A DNA stretch of 42,336 nucleotides from Pseudomonadota bacterium. GTDB taxonomy: Bacteria; Myxococcota_A; Bradymonadia; UBA4248. The stretch covers positions 1-42,336 of the forward strand of contig JAFUEE010000179.1 in assembly GCA_017464085.1 (NCBI GenBank), written 5' to 3'. A program made the translations under genes and the position numbers. The notes below the pieces were generated by a model. It was not told where the DNA came from and did not search any database. It was given only the letters and a program-made list of their open reading frames with translations. This document shows positions 1 to 7,967 of this stretch, piece by piece; positions within the stretch are counted from its first letter, which is position 1, and the number at the start of each line of letters is the position of its first letter.

Positions 1-91
1 TAAGTCCGAGTTCGCGAGCAAGCCTCTTGTAACCATAAATCCATTGACGGTAAGTTGCCAGTATTCTTTCCCGTTGTTCGTTGGTGATCAC
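1..91 (-). CDS. Possible partial CDS, N-terminal part only (gene continues beyond window start); unknown function
   Basis: The minus-strand frame is open from a GTG at about 89-91, which has a GGGAGA SD-like motif 6 nt upstream, to the window edge. The translation (M)ITNEQRERILATYRQWIYGYKRLARELGL looks protein-like and an in-frame TGA lies just upstream. The fragment is too short to classify. Confidence 0.22.
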   Translation of the reverse strand, partial: MITNEQRERILATYRQWIYGYKRLARELGL

Positions 92-209
92 TTCTGTTCT
101 CCCTGTGTTTGAAGTGTCAACCAAAACAGGGATAGGTCAAACCTCCGGGTGTTTTCGTTTTGACGGCATACGGCAGGTTGTGTCACAATCCAGACGGTGT
201 GTGGGTTAC

Positions 210-371
210 TCTGTTCAACAAGCGTGGATATGGCCCCTAAATGCCATGTATTCGGCAATCGGGCATCGATAGTCTCTCCGCATAAAGCGATAGCCATTGT
301 CATGCGCGCTACTGTCTACCTTCTATTGCCTACTGTCTTGTATTTCCTCCCCACAGATGTTGAACACAGCC
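210..371. mobile_element. MITE family A copy (inverted relative to the 23465 and 25728 copies), immediately upstream of the VIT-vWA gene start
   Basis: The reverse complement of 23465..23636 aligns along the whole length at about 85% identity. It accounts for the spurious N-terminal 32 codons of track ORF 297 and the mirror ORF 23323..23547. Confidence 0.7.
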
Positions 372-392
372 TATTTTACAAGGAGGCGTGTG

Positions 393-3300
393 ATGTGCAA
401 AGAGCAATTCAATAGACGTTGGATGGCGTTGTGTGCGGCGTGTGCGGTGATTTCGCTGGGATGTGGTCCTCAGACGACTCAGGTGCCGTCAGATGAGGGA
501 TTGGGCGTATCAGGGCTGACTGATAGCGGCGACAACGCAGCTGGTATCGACAAATGTCGTCCCGAAGGCAAGATCATCACGTGCATAGAGGGGATTTGTG
601 ACCCGGCGACGGGCGATTGCGTGGAATGTCTGAGCGGAAGTGATTGCAGGACAGATGAAAAGCCTGTGTGTGCGGAGAAAAAATGCATGCCGTGCGATGC
701 ATCGCATGCCTGTGGTTCGGGCAGATGTGATGTCGTATCGGGCAAGTGCGTGGAGTGTATTTCGGATGGCGATTGCACGCTCCGGGAACGCGGCGTGTGC
801 TGGCAGGGGGTGTGTACGGCGTGCAGTCAGGAGAATTGCAAAGAGGCATGTCATGAGGTGACAGGCAGATGCGGTGCGTATGTGCCGATGCCTTGTCCTG
901 GCGGTAACTGTGGGGTGCCATCACCAATTGGGATTGGCACGATTGACCCGGGTACAATCGCGATCGGCAACAACATTCGTGTCGTGACGGTCGGTGTCCG
1001 CGATCTGAGGGCGCAGGAAAGAATGACCGAAATCGGGTCTTACAAAGTCGATGCGCGCGTCAGCGGCATGTATGCCGTCGTCTCGACAGAATTCTCGGTC
1101 TATAATCCCAACATGCGCGCGTTCGAAGGGGAGCTTGAGTTTCCGCTGCCCGATGATGCGGTGGTCTCTGGCTATGCCATCGATGTGAACGGCGTTTTGG
1201 TCGAAGGCCGCGTCGTCGAAAAGGAAAAAGCGCGCATCGCGTTTGAAAATGAAGTCAAGAAAGGCGTGGATCCCGGGCTGGTGGAACAGGTCAAGGGCAA
1301 TGCCTATCGCACGCGCATTTATCCGATTCCGGCCCAAGGAACTCGTCAAATCAGAGTGGTTTATACGACGCCGCTCACGATCGCGCCCAATGGCGATGCC
1401 GCGCTTGCGCTCCCGATGCCCAAGACGAAGCTCGCTAGACGCGATATATCGATTTCAGTCGCGAGCGGCATGCCTGCGCCCGCAGTCGGGGGCTTGGGCG
1501 ACAAACGATTTGAAGCTGCCGAAGCTGTCTGGAGAGTGGAGTCTCACGATACGGATATCACCCCGACAGAGAATGTTCTGGTCGCCATGCCGAACCTTCC
1601 CGATGTCGTGACGGCTGTCGAGAGGGGGAACGGGGAGCTGTTCTTCTCCGCGAGTGTCAAAGTGGCCGATGCGCCTGCTTCTCATGAGGTATTGCCAGCC
1701 AAATGGCGCATCATCTGGGATGCTTCGGGCAGCAGAAGCCCGGAAGATGTCGCCGCCGCGAGAAAGCTCATAGACAGCTTGCCAGATACGGCTGCTTATG
1801 AACTCCATGTGTTCCGCAATGATCTGGAACCGGTGCAGAACTTCGGTTCTCGTCTGGAACTCGCGGCTGCGCTCGATGCGCTTGCGTATGACGGCGGCAC
1901 GGATTTCGAACCGCTCAAGGCTGTTGCAGGGAGCAAATTCGATGGAATGACGCTTTTCTTTACCGATGGCATGGACACGATGACCAGCGCTTTGCCCGAG
2001 TTTGGCGCGAATTCGGTCGCACTGATTTCAGGGGCGGCGCGCGATGTCTCGTCGATGCGCCGGATATGCGGCGGCCGCACGATCAGCCTCGATATCGTGA
2101 ACGGCGCGGATGCCGTGCACCAGATCTTGGCACCTCAGCCCGTCATCTCGGGCATGAATGGCGCTGGACTCAGCGATATTCAGGGGATTGGGTTGCAGGC
2201 ATCGGGGAGGGTCACTGTCGTGGGCCGCATGAAAACGCCTGTTTCACAGGCGACAGTGCAATTATCGGATGGCCGGCAGATACCCGTTTCGTTCAACACA
2301 GCCGCCGTTCCTTCCGGGCGGACAATCGCCTCCGCCTGGGCTGCGCTCCGCATCGACGAGCTCTCTCCGCGCGCCGATGACAACCGCGAAGAACTGCTCG
2401 CGCTCGGCAGGCATTTCTCCATCGTCAGCCCGGTTTCCAGCATGATCGTCTTCGAGCGGCTCGATCAGTGGCTCCAGTACGATATCGAGCCGCCTGAATC
2501 TCTCGCGGACATGCATGCGCAATGGATGCGCCGGCATAAATCCGAGAGCGAAAAACAGTCCGAAAAGCTTCGCCTCGAACAGCAGTGGCTCAATAAACTC
2601 ACGGGCGAATGGAATGCGCGCGTCACGTGGTGGAACAATCCCGTTCCTAAATTTGTCAGGCACCAAAAACCAGATGCCCCCAGGTGGGCAGGAAGACGGC
2701 ACGGTGCTTCGGAAAGTGCGGTCATGGATAGTACCATGGTGCAGGAAGAAGCTGCAATGCCAATGCCTGCACCCGCTGCAGAGCCTGGTTATGCGCTCGG
2801 GGCAAGGGGAGCTGGTGGTGGCGGCGCTGGTTTAGGCGGTGCGCTGATGGCAAACAAAAAATCGGCCAGTGCCTCGGCCAGTGAATCACGAGAACCGCGC
2901 CACGCAGGGGCATCCATCACCGTCAAGGCCTGGGATCCGGACACGCCCTATCTCACGGCCATCAAAGACGCATATAAAATATATAAAACGCCGGAAGCTT
3001 TATATAGCGAATATATAAAACAGCGCGCAAATTACAGCGGCAGCCCGGCATTCTTCCTCGATTGCGCCGGGCTCTTCTTCAGCGAGAAGCAGAACAGGCT
3101 TGCGGTGCGCATTCTGTCGAACCTCTCGGAACTCAAGATCGACGATGTCGGCATGCTCCGCATCTATGCATGGCGTCTGCGCGAAGCAGGCGATTACGAC
3201 ACCGCGCTCATCATCCTGCGCAAGGTTGCCAAGCTCCGCGCCGATGAAGCCATCAGCTGGCGCGATCTGGCACTCACGCTCACGATGCGCGGCAAGCAGA

Positions 3301-3872
3301 ATCACAGCGCCGCCGACATTCAGGAAGCGCTCGAGCTTTTCCACAAAACCGCATTTACCGCCTGGCAGCGCAGCGACGCGATGTGGACCGCGCTCATCGC
3401 GCTCGAGGAATTCAATGAACTCGCGGCTTGGACGCGGCGCGAACAATGGCCCGGCGACGCCCCGCGCATCCCGGACATTGATGAAAAATTCGCTCAGAAC
3501 CTCGACACCGACCTGCGCATCATGATGACTTGGGATGCCGACAACACCGATATCGACATGCACGTCAAAGAACCCAGCGGCGAAGAGGTCTTTTATGCGC
3601 ATAATCGCTCGCGCACTGGCGGCCTTGTCAGCCATGACGTGACCACTGGCTATGGCCCGGAGGAATTTCTTCATAAAATTGCCCCGAAGGGCAGATATGA
3701 AGTCTTTACCAAATACTTCGCCTCACATCAGCAGTCGCTCGTCGGTCCGGCAACGATCACGCTCACGTTTTATACAAACTGGGGGCGGCCTGCGCAAAAG
3801 AGCGAATCCGTCAGCCTTCGCCTCGATAAACAGAAGGACAAGGTCATTGTCGGCTCAATCGATGTCAAATAA
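393..3872 (+). CDS. Large secreted/lipoprotein: N-terminal Cys-rich CxxC repeats, VIT (vault/inter-alpha-trypsin) domain, vWA domain (DxSxS motif 'WDASGSRS'), TPR-like helical middle, DUF2135/YfaP-like C-terminal domain
   Basis: The start is ATG 393, in frame with track ORF 297..3872 and preceded by AGGAGG at 381-386. Bases 297-392 of the track ORF lie inside a MITE copy. A signal peptide with a lipobox-like 'VISLGCGP' follows. VIT-like and vWA-like motifs are recognisable in the translation. The C-terminal 'DMHVKEPSGEEVFYAHNRSRTGG...TTGYGPEEF' looks like DUF2135. Confidence 0.75.
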   Translation: MCKEQFNRRWMALCAACAVISLGCGPQTTQVPSDEGLGVSGLTDSGDNAAGIDKCRPEGKIITCIEGICDPATGDCVECLSGSDCRTDEKPVCAEKKCMPCDASHACGSGRCDVVSGKCVECISDGDCTLRERGVCWQGVCTACSQENCKEACHEVTGRCGAYVPMPCPGGNCGVPSPIGIGTIDPGTIAIGNNIRVVTVGVRDLRAQERMTEIGSYKVDARVSGMYAVVSTEFSVYNPNMRAFEGELEFPLPDDAVVSGYAIDVNGVLVEGRVVEKEKARIAFENEVKKGVDPGLVEQVKGNAYRTRIYPIPAQGTRQIRVVYTTPLTIAPNGDAALALPMPKTKLARRDISISVASGMPAPAVGGLGDKRFEAAEAVWRVESHDTDITPTENVLVAMPNLPDVVTAVERGNGELFFSASVKVADAPASHEVLPAKWRIIWDASGSRSPEDVAAARKLIDSLPDTAAYELHVFRNDLEPVQNFGSRLELAAALDALAYDGGTDFEPLKAVAGSKFDGMTLFFTDGMDTMTSALPEFGANSVALISGAARDVSSMRRICGGRTISLDIVNGADAVHQILAPQPVISGMNGAGLSDIQGIGLQASGRVTVVGRMKTPVSQATVQLSDGRQIPVSFNTAAVPSGRTIASAWAALRIDELSPRADDNREELLALGRHFSIVSPVSSMIVFERLDQWLQYDIEPPESLADMHAQWMRRHKSESEKQSEKLRLEQQWLNKLTGEWNARVTWWNNPVPKFVRHQKPDAPRWAGRRHGASESAVMDSTMVQEEAAMPMPAPAAEPGYALGARGAGGGGAGLGGALMANKKSASASASESREPRHAGASITVKAWDPDTPYLTAIKDAYKIYKTPEALYSEYIKQRANYSGSPAFFLDCAGLFFSEKQNRLAVRILSNLSELKIDDVGMLRIYAWRLREAGDYDTALIILRKVAKLRADEAISWRDLALTLTMRGKQNHSAADIQEALELFHKTAFTAWQRSDAMWTALIALEEFNELAAWTRREQWPGDAPRIPDIDEKFAQNLDTDLRIMMTWDADNTDIDMHVKEPSGEEVFYAHNRSRTGGLVSHDVTTGYGPEEFLHKIAPKGRYEVFTKYFASHQQSLVGPATITLTFYTNWGRPAQKSESVSLRLDKQKDKVIVGSIDVK

Positions 3873-3902
3873 TATATATTTTATATTGACCTGTCGCTCC
3901 CC

Positions 3903-3936
3903 TATTTGCGGTTTATGAACTCATAAACCGCAAATA
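3903..3936. repeat. Perfect 34-bp palindrome (16-bp arms TATTTGCGGTTTATGA / TCATAAACCGCAAATA, 2-nt spacer), followed by two more GC-rich hairpins up to about 4020
   Basis: Seen directly in the sequence. It lies between the convergent VIT-vWA and NimA-like genes, has no flanking U-tract, and looks REP-like. A related 'CTATTTGC...GCAAATACG' palindrome sits at about 22583-22603. Confidence 0.6.
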
Positions 3937-4098
3937 CGGCTCGCAAGCGGCGCTATTGGCGACGATGTCGCCAATACGCGCCTTTTCGCCAGGCTATCGC
4001 GATGCGATACGCCTGGCGATGCTGTTCGCTGCGTGTCATAACGCGCAGTTTATTTGAACAATTTATAAATAATACGAATCGTAGGCATTTGATGTTTT

Positions 4099-4273
4099 AG
4101 GAAACTCTGAACAATTGCATAATCTTCAATCATGATATCGCGCAAATCCGCTCCCCTTGCCCCCTCGGGGAAAGGCCCGCTCGTCGCGTGCGCGAGGCTC
4201 GAAGCGAGCCGCTCCCCTTGCCCCATCGGGGAAAGGGGCCGGGGGGGAGGGGCCAATTAATCAGACTTTCCTT
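4099..4273. mobile_element. MITE family B, variant copy (about 175 bp): B-like terminal inverted repeats (AGGAAACTCTGAA ... TCAGACTTTCCT) enclosing a direct duplication of a 'CCGCTCCCCTTGCCCC(C/A)TCGGGGAAAGG' hairpin motif
   Basis: The ends match B copies 5350..5462 and 23642..23754 and the internal part differs. The element abuts and slightly overlaps the 3' end of the NimA-like gene. Confidence 0.45.
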
Positions 4274-4749
4274 TATGATTCGTTTACGAGTTTGCCAGTC
4301 ATGTGCTCTATGGTGAATTCGAGGCATTGAACTCTGTTGAATGCGGTTTCTAATTCTTTTTGAATATAAGCGGTATCATCTGTGAATTTGAAGGAAAGCT
4401 TTGTGCAGATTTCTTTTGAAAGCTGCATATCTTCGAGGAGATGAATCCGGCCAAATAGGACGACGCTCTTGATATTTAACGCCCATTCACCATCTTTTTG
4501 GAAGCCTTTGTCATAAACGCAAAAACAGGCTTTGTCACAGCGCTTGATGGCATCGATTTTATGTCCCTGTTTTGCCCCGTGAAAGTAGAGCTTATGCGTT
4601 GATGCATCATAATAATGGTTCAATGGAATGGCGTATGGGTAGCCGTCATCTCCGATGACAGAGAGAACGCCGCGAGGTTCGGTTTCAAGAATCTCAATAC
4701 ATTCTGCTTCCGTAATCTGCTGTTTGATTCGTCGCATTGCTCTAAACAT
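4273..4749 (-). CDS. Pyridoxamine 5'-phosphate oxidase-like FMN-binding split-barrel protein, NimA (5-nitroimidazole reductase)-like
   Basis: The 158-aa translation 'MFRAMRRIKQQITEAECIEIL...' is typical of the Nim/PNPOx-like family. Confidence 0.75.
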   Translation of the reverse strand: MFRAMRRIKQQITEAECIEILETEPRGVLSVIGDDGYPYAIPLNHYYDASTHKLYFHGAKQGHKIDAIKRCDKACFCVYDKGFQKDGEWALNIKSVVLFGRIHLLEDMQLSKEICTKLSFKFTDDTAYIQKELETAFNRVQCLEFTIEHMTGKLVNES

Positions 4750-4767
4750 AATCTGTTCCTTTAAGTT

Positions 4768-5088
4768 TTATTCCTCAGCAAACAATTTTAATCCCGTGAT
4801 GCCAATGATGATCAGAATCACGCAGATCATCTGAGGAAGAGAGGCTTTTTCATGAAAGAGAAAAATACCCAGCAGAGAGGTTCCGGCAATGCCGACGCCT
4901 GTCCAGATGGCGTATGCAGTGCCCAAGGGCATTTTTTTCATGGCAAGCGATAAAAACAAAGCACTGGCAAGATAGGCGATGACTGTAATGAGCGTCGGGA
5001 CGATTTTGGAAAACCCTTCCGAATACTTCATGCTGCATGCCCAGGTAATTTCAAACAGGCCGGCTAGCGCCAGCATCAACCACTTCAT
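4768..5088 (-). CDS. sugE: SMR-family small multidrug resistance protein, Gdx/SugE-type (guanidinium/quaternary ammonium exporter)
   Basis: The 106-aa product has 4 TM helices and the signature 'GLFEITWACSMKYSEGF...GTAYAIWTGVG', which closely resembles Gdx/SugE. Confidence 0.85.
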   Translation of the reverse strand: MKWLMLALAGLFEITWACSMKYSEGFSKIVPTLITVIAYLASALFLSLAMKKMPLGTAYAIWTGVGIAGTSLLGIFLFHEKASLPQMICVILIIIGITGLKLFAEE

Positions 5089-5134
5089 CGCTGATCCTCT
5101 CCAGTTCTCTTTATCTTCAAAGACCTAACGATAA

Positions 5135-5180
5135 AGAAAGGGTGTTGATCCTGCGACCCGGTGGCCGCAGGCACCATGTT
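5135..5180 (-). ncRNA. Structured 5' leader of sugE/gdx: nested GC-rich hairpins (GGUGC[CUGCG-GCCACCGGGU-CGCAG]GAUCAACACC) plus a second hairpin occluding the region just upstream of the SD; possible riboswitch-like element, class not assignable
   Basis: Found by reverse-complementing 5089..5200. Gdx genes are commonly controlled by guanidine riboswitches. I see partial resemblance (ACCGGGUC...AGGA) to guanidine-III but no pseudoknot and no match to the guanidine-I or -II consensus. Confidence 0.25.
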
Positions 5181-5272
5181 CTATTCGAATAGTATGTGCA
5201 GTCTTTTATATAATGTCAAACGATATTTCGAAATATATCGGCAGATAGATTGCTATTCCGCATGGTGTGGCA

Positions 5273-5570
5273 CACCCCCCCATCGCAGGCTTCGCTGGCG
5301 GCATTCGACAATGGCCAAGCCATGCACTTGAAATCAAAGCCATAGCTTTAGGAAGCTCTGAATAATTCGAAAACCTCATGGGGATGCGGGCGTCTCGCCC
5401 GCACAAAACTTATGCGTCTGAAATACTATTGTCCAAAAAACGGCAATTGTTCAGACCTTCCTTTATCATGCTCACCATTGCCTGTTGCCTGTTGCCTGTT
5501 GTTTGCACGCAAAATCACTCAATACTCCAGACCCCCCCCAATGGGGCTGAATAGTAACAATCTGAAGGTT
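5273..5570. repeat. Dispersed repeat family C copy (about 150 bp, starts 'CCCCCCCATCGCAGGCT', contains a (GCCTGTT)x3 heptamer tract) interrupted by a nested MITE-B insertion at 5350..5462
   Basis: It is homologous to 6452..6600, where the B insertion site is unoccupied (AGCTT|CATCATG there versus AGCTTT[B]TTATCATG here). Confidence 0.55.
5350..5462. mobile_element. MITE family B copy (113 bp; TIR AGGAAGCTCTGAA / TTCAGACCTTCCT; internal GCGGGCG-TCTC-GCCCGC hairpin)
   Basis: It is almost identical (1-2 mismatches) to 23642..23754 and has imperfect 13-bp terminal inverted repeats. An empty homologous site exists at about 6515, and no coding capacity is seen in the element. Confidence 0.7.
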
Positions 5571-5677
5571 TGAGTCGAGTGATACTTTTACAATTTCAAT
5601 GGTATTGAAAATTTGTTAGTGTCATCAGGCGGCAGAATTTTGCCGTATGCTAGATGAAACAAAAAAGGTGGTGTTGT

Positions 5678-6334
5678 ATGAATTATCAGGAAATCAAACA
5701 CAACGAGGAAATCAATACTTATATCAGGCAGGCGGACCTGTCGCTGTCTGCGCTTGGATATACAGAACACAGCTTTGCGCATGTGACGCTGGTCGCTGAA
5801 AAGGCTGGCTATATCCTTGAGACGCTTGGCTATCCGGCGCGCACGGTCGAGCTTGCCAAAATTGCAGGATACCTGCACGATATCGGCAATCTCGTCAACC
5901 GAGTGGATCACAGCCAGTCAGGCGGAATCATGGCTTTCAGGCTTCTGGATCATTTAAAATTTCCGCCAGAGGAGATCGGCATGATCGTGTCTGCAATTGG
6001 CAATCATGACGAAGGCACCGGGGTGCCAGTCAGCGCGCTCGCGGCCGCTCTGATTCTCTCCGATAAGAGCGATGTCCGACGCAACCGTGTGCGCAATCAG
6101 GATGTCGCGTCCTTTGATATCCATGATCGCGTGAATTATTCTGTGACCATGTCTGAATTGAAAATCAATGACGCGAGGACAATTATCACATTAAAGCTTT
6201 CGATTGATACGCATTATGGCTCTGTCATGGATTATTTTGAAATCTTTTTGCAGCGCATGATACTTTGCCGCAAAGCTGCGGAAAAACTGGGACTTCAGTT
6301 TAAATTGGTCATCAATGATCAGCAGCTCATTTGA
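5678..6334 (+). CDS. HD-domain metal-dependent phosphohydrolase (family member unassigned)
   Basis: The start is ATG 5678 after AAGGTGG. The motifs 'H..HV......AGYLHDIGN' fit the H...HD signature. Confidence 0.7.
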   Translation: MNYQEIKHNEEINTYIRQADLSLSALGYTEHSFAHVTLVAEKAGYILETLGYPARTVELAKIAGYLHDIGNLVNRVDHSQSGGIMAFRLLDHLKFPPEEIGMIVSAIGNHDEGTGVPVSALAAALILSDKSDVRRNRVRNQDVASFDIHDRVNYSVTMSELKINDARTIITLKLSIDTHYGSVMDYFEIFLQRMILCRKAAEKLGLQFKLVINDQQLI

Positions 6335-6451
6335 GTTTCTGTTCAAGGAAAAAGCTGAACAATAGGCATCAGCGCGCGAAGCGGCAAGAAACGCAGGTCT
6401 GAGAAAAAACGAAATTGAATGTCTGAACGTTACTATTCAGCCAGGAGTGAC

Positions 6452-6600
6452 ATCCCCCCCATCGCAGGCTCCGTTTGCGGCCATTCAATCCATGCTGCTG
6501 AATGCGAAGCCAGAAGCTTCATCATGATCACTGCTGCCTGTTGCCTGTTCGTAAAAGCCTTAATGGGGCGGCTGAATAAATAATGCCTGAACATTTCATT
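6452..6600. repeat. Dispersed repeat family C copy (uninterrupted)
   Basis: It is collinear with 5273..5570 minus the B element and lies upstream of the SH3b lipoprotein gene. Confidence 0.5.
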
Positions 6601-6688
6601 TGATTGTATTTCTTGATAATCCCCGGGGATGGGGGTAGAAATGGGATGGGGTATTTTTACGGGACGAGCAGGGCTTCAGGAGGTCTTG

Positions 6689-7909
6689 ATGAAACGATTT
6701 CGAATATTTGAAAGCGCCGTGCTAGTGACGGCAATTTTCATGGGATTTTCTCTGAATTCGTGCACTGACGAGGAAGACTGGATGCTTCTAGACGATGAGT
6801 TTGGAGAGGTTCAGTCCGCGCTTTCGAGTGCCACGATTACCAAAGGTGCTGTCTCTGTGCGAACAGGTCCTGGGGTTTGGTATGATCGCATCGGGGGGTT
6901 GCGCTATGGGAAAACTGTGAGCGTTGTCAAAGAACAGGCTGGATGGCTCAAGATCAAGTATGGGGATTCGGAAGGCTGGATTTATCGTCCGGATACCGAT
7001 CTTGCATCCTCAAGCGCTGCCGCAAGCTGCTCCGCAGATGTTGCCAATTTCATCCGCGACAATTATCCCGATGGCTACAATATTATATTTGCTTACAACG
7101 GCTCTGATCAGGCTGCGGAATTTCATAGCCAGGCAAAGCAGTTTTCATCTGAATATCATACACTTAATGTATCCAGTGGCGAGCTCAAAAAAGATATATA
7201 TAGAAAAGTTAAGAACTATTCCGAGTTCAAGAATGGCATTCTTGAGACAGGCCGTGCCGTTGTCAAATGTCTGGAAGATAACCCGCGCGCCGGTTATGAT
7301 GACAGCAAGTGCTCGCAGATCAAGAACCTGACCGTGATGACGCACGGCTTCACAACCGGTCTGAATTTTGGCGGCGGCTATTTCAATAACACCGACATTC
7401 CGGATTTTGGCTCGACGGTTTATGGATATCTTAACAACAAGTCGCTTCGCGTGCAGCTTTATGCATGCAGCGCGGCGCGAAATAAAGATACTAAAGAAAA
7501 CTGGTATGAGCGCTATACGGGCGATATCATCAAGGAACAGGATCCGTTCAAGGGCGGCAAAGGCTCGTTTGCGCAGCTTTTGTCTGAAGAAATGGGGCCG
7601 GATGCCACCGTCTTTGGGCACACGACTGCCGGTCATCTTTCCGGAAACTACGCCGCTCGCTGCTATGGCAAGATGGCCAACGGCGCGGTTCACGGCAAAC
7701 ACATGTTTGATGTCTATTTCCCACAGTCGTTCGTTGCTGAACAGGCAAAACGTATCGGCAAAAGCGAAGATGCGACCCGCACCTCGATGTATTCATACTA
7801 TCGATCGAATGGAGCATATCCGGGCAACAACAGCGGGCGAGATACTTTTATGGATCCAGAAGGCAAAGGCAAGAAAATGCGCGATGCCTGGCTGAGCAAA
7901 AATCCATAA
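6689..7909 (+). CDS. Lipoprotein with SH3b (bacterial SH3) domain and an uncharacterized C-terminal domain (about 280 aa; contains 'LYACSAAR' and 'GHTTAGH' motifs, possible hydrolase)
   Basis: The start is ATG 6689 after CAGGAGG. The signal peptide is 'MKRFRIFESAVLVTAIFMGFSLNSC' with a lipobox. The SH3b-like segment is 'GAVSVRTGPGVWYDRIGGLRYGKTVSVVKEQAGWLKIKYGDSEGWIY'. Confidence 0.7.
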   Translation: MKRFRIFESAVLVTAIFMGFSLNSCTDEEDWMLLDDEFGEVQSALSSATITKGAVSVRTGPGVWYDRIGGLRYGKTVSVVKEQAGWLKIKYGDSEGWIYRPDTDLASSSAAASCSADVANFIRDNYPDGYNIIFAYNGSDQAAEFHSQAKQFSSEYHTLNVSSGELKKDIYRKVKNYSEFKNGILETGRAVVKCLEDNPRAGYDDSKCSQIKNLTVMTHGFTTGLNFGGGYFNNTDIPDFGSTVYGYLNNKSLRVQLYACSAARNKDTKENWYERYTGDIIKEQDPFKGGKGSFAQLLSEEMGPDATVFGHTTAGHLSGNYAARCYGKMANGAVHGKHMFDVYFPQSFVAEQAKRIGKSEDATRTSMYSYYRSNGAYPGNNSGRDTFMDPEGKGKKMRDAWLSKNP

Positions 7910-7967
7910 TCCTGATGGCTCGAATTGCTGAAAGCTTGGAAATTAATCTGACTCCGGGAGGTTCACT

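Noticed and set aside
81-272. Plus-strand ORF 81..272 (63 aa, TTG start)
   Set aside because: It has no SD, its composition is not protein-like, and it overlaps the start of a MITE copy. The opposite-strand partial frame looks more plausible but is also weak.
297-392. N-terminal 32 codons of track ORF 297..3872 (TTG start, 'MSCALLSTFYCLLSCISSPQ...') and the mirror ORF 23323..23547 (-) 'MPLSCALLPTFYCLLPCIS...'
   Set aside because: Both peptides are translations of MITE-A copies in opposite orientations. The real VIT-vWA start is ATG 393 with a consensus SD.
5135-5180. Exact assignment of the sugE leader to the guanidine-III riboswitch class
   Set aside because: Only a partial motif resemblance was found. 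The predicted fold is nested hairpins rather than the class-defining pseudoknot. It is kept only as a low-confidence candidate.
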